Part shown: positions 49,492 through 49,531 of the stretch, in pieces | Layout of the letters: the number at the start of each line of letters is the position of its first letter | How positions within the stretch are numbered: the stretch's first letter is position 1 | DNA from: an uncultured Gammaproteobacteria bacterium | GTDB taxonomy: Bacteria > Patescibacteriota > Microgenomatia > UBA1406 > GWC2-37-13 | NCBI GenBank assembly: GCA_964480835.1 | Contig: CAYZRL010000001.1 | Span: 1-49,531 of the forward strand | DNA: 49,531 nucleotides | Direction: 5' to 3' | Notes under the pieces: generated by a model | The model's database searches: none | Told to the model about the DNA's origin: nothing | The model's input: the letters and a program-made list of their open reading frames with translations, nothing else | Translations under genes and position numbers: made by a program

Positions 49492-49531
49492 ATAGTTCTT
49501 CTTTGTTTGATCGTGCACTTTAACAGATAGG

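Noticed and set aside
1-49531. An alternative genetic code (UGA read as Gly or Trp, as in some CPR-related lineages).
   Set aside because: TGA cleanly terminates conserved genes at their expected lengths (thrS, the pilins at 39517 and 45866, the methyltransferase at 7685). Conserved proteins show no in-frame TGA. The standard bacterial code fits.

Overview
This 49.5-kb chromosomal window looks like part of a small, streamlined genome, probably a Candidate Phyla Radiation (Patescibacteria)-type bacterium. That placement is an inference from domain-minimised housekeeping proteins, a secretin-less type IV pilus (T4P) gene set and many PT-linker surface proteins. The genetic code is standard, since TGA terminates well-conserved genes. 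I saw no rRNA, CRISPR array, transposase or integrase.

Contents in order:
- A convergent pair of SGNH/GDSL esterase-like genes.
- lexA, with a GAAC-N4-GTTC SOS box inside its promoter.
- A SpoT-like HD-only protein and an MsbA-type ABC exporter.
- tRNA-Arg(TCG), tRNA-Asp(GTC) and tRNA-Val(GAC).
- Two paralogous GH73-like wall hydrolases flanking a short trigger factor.
- A GNAT acetyltransferase.
- A TrpR/YerC-like regulator and a coiled-coil-interrupted metzincin, each preceded by the same 22-bp perfect palindrome.
- The thrS-infC-rpmI-rplT-(GIY-YIG)-pheS-pheT block.
- A 1067-aa surface protein with Cys-pair repeats, ELWxxDGT repeats, FN3 and LysM.
- A class A PBP and recG.
- pilC-pilT-pilB, a truncated holB-like clamp-loader gene, an Lnt-like gene and a lipoprotein with a Tat-type signal.
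- A 10-gene operon: Cys-rich secreted protein, PilX-like protein, four prepilins and pilMNO.
- rpsP, rnc, nusB and rpmF. rpmF is 49 aa and absent from the ORF track.
- Two stand-alone pilin genes, a convergent Wzy_C/TPR membrane protein and mreB.

Most notable observations:
1. A candidate novel pilus-tip adhesin module heads the minor-pilin operon.
2. Twin palindromic operators sit on leaderless promoters of the regulator and metzincin genes.
3. A -10 box lies 5-8 nt before the start codon at about 15 genes, implying widespread leaderless mRNAs.
4. A consensus promoter fires straight into a 17-bp terminator-like hairpin abutting a hydrolase start codon.
5. A 4 x 7-bp tandem repeat lies in the divergent pilB/holB promoter region.
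6. Pilin genes sit next to a PglL/TfpO-like Wzy_C protein.

All functional calls rest on motifs read by eye. No database search was run.
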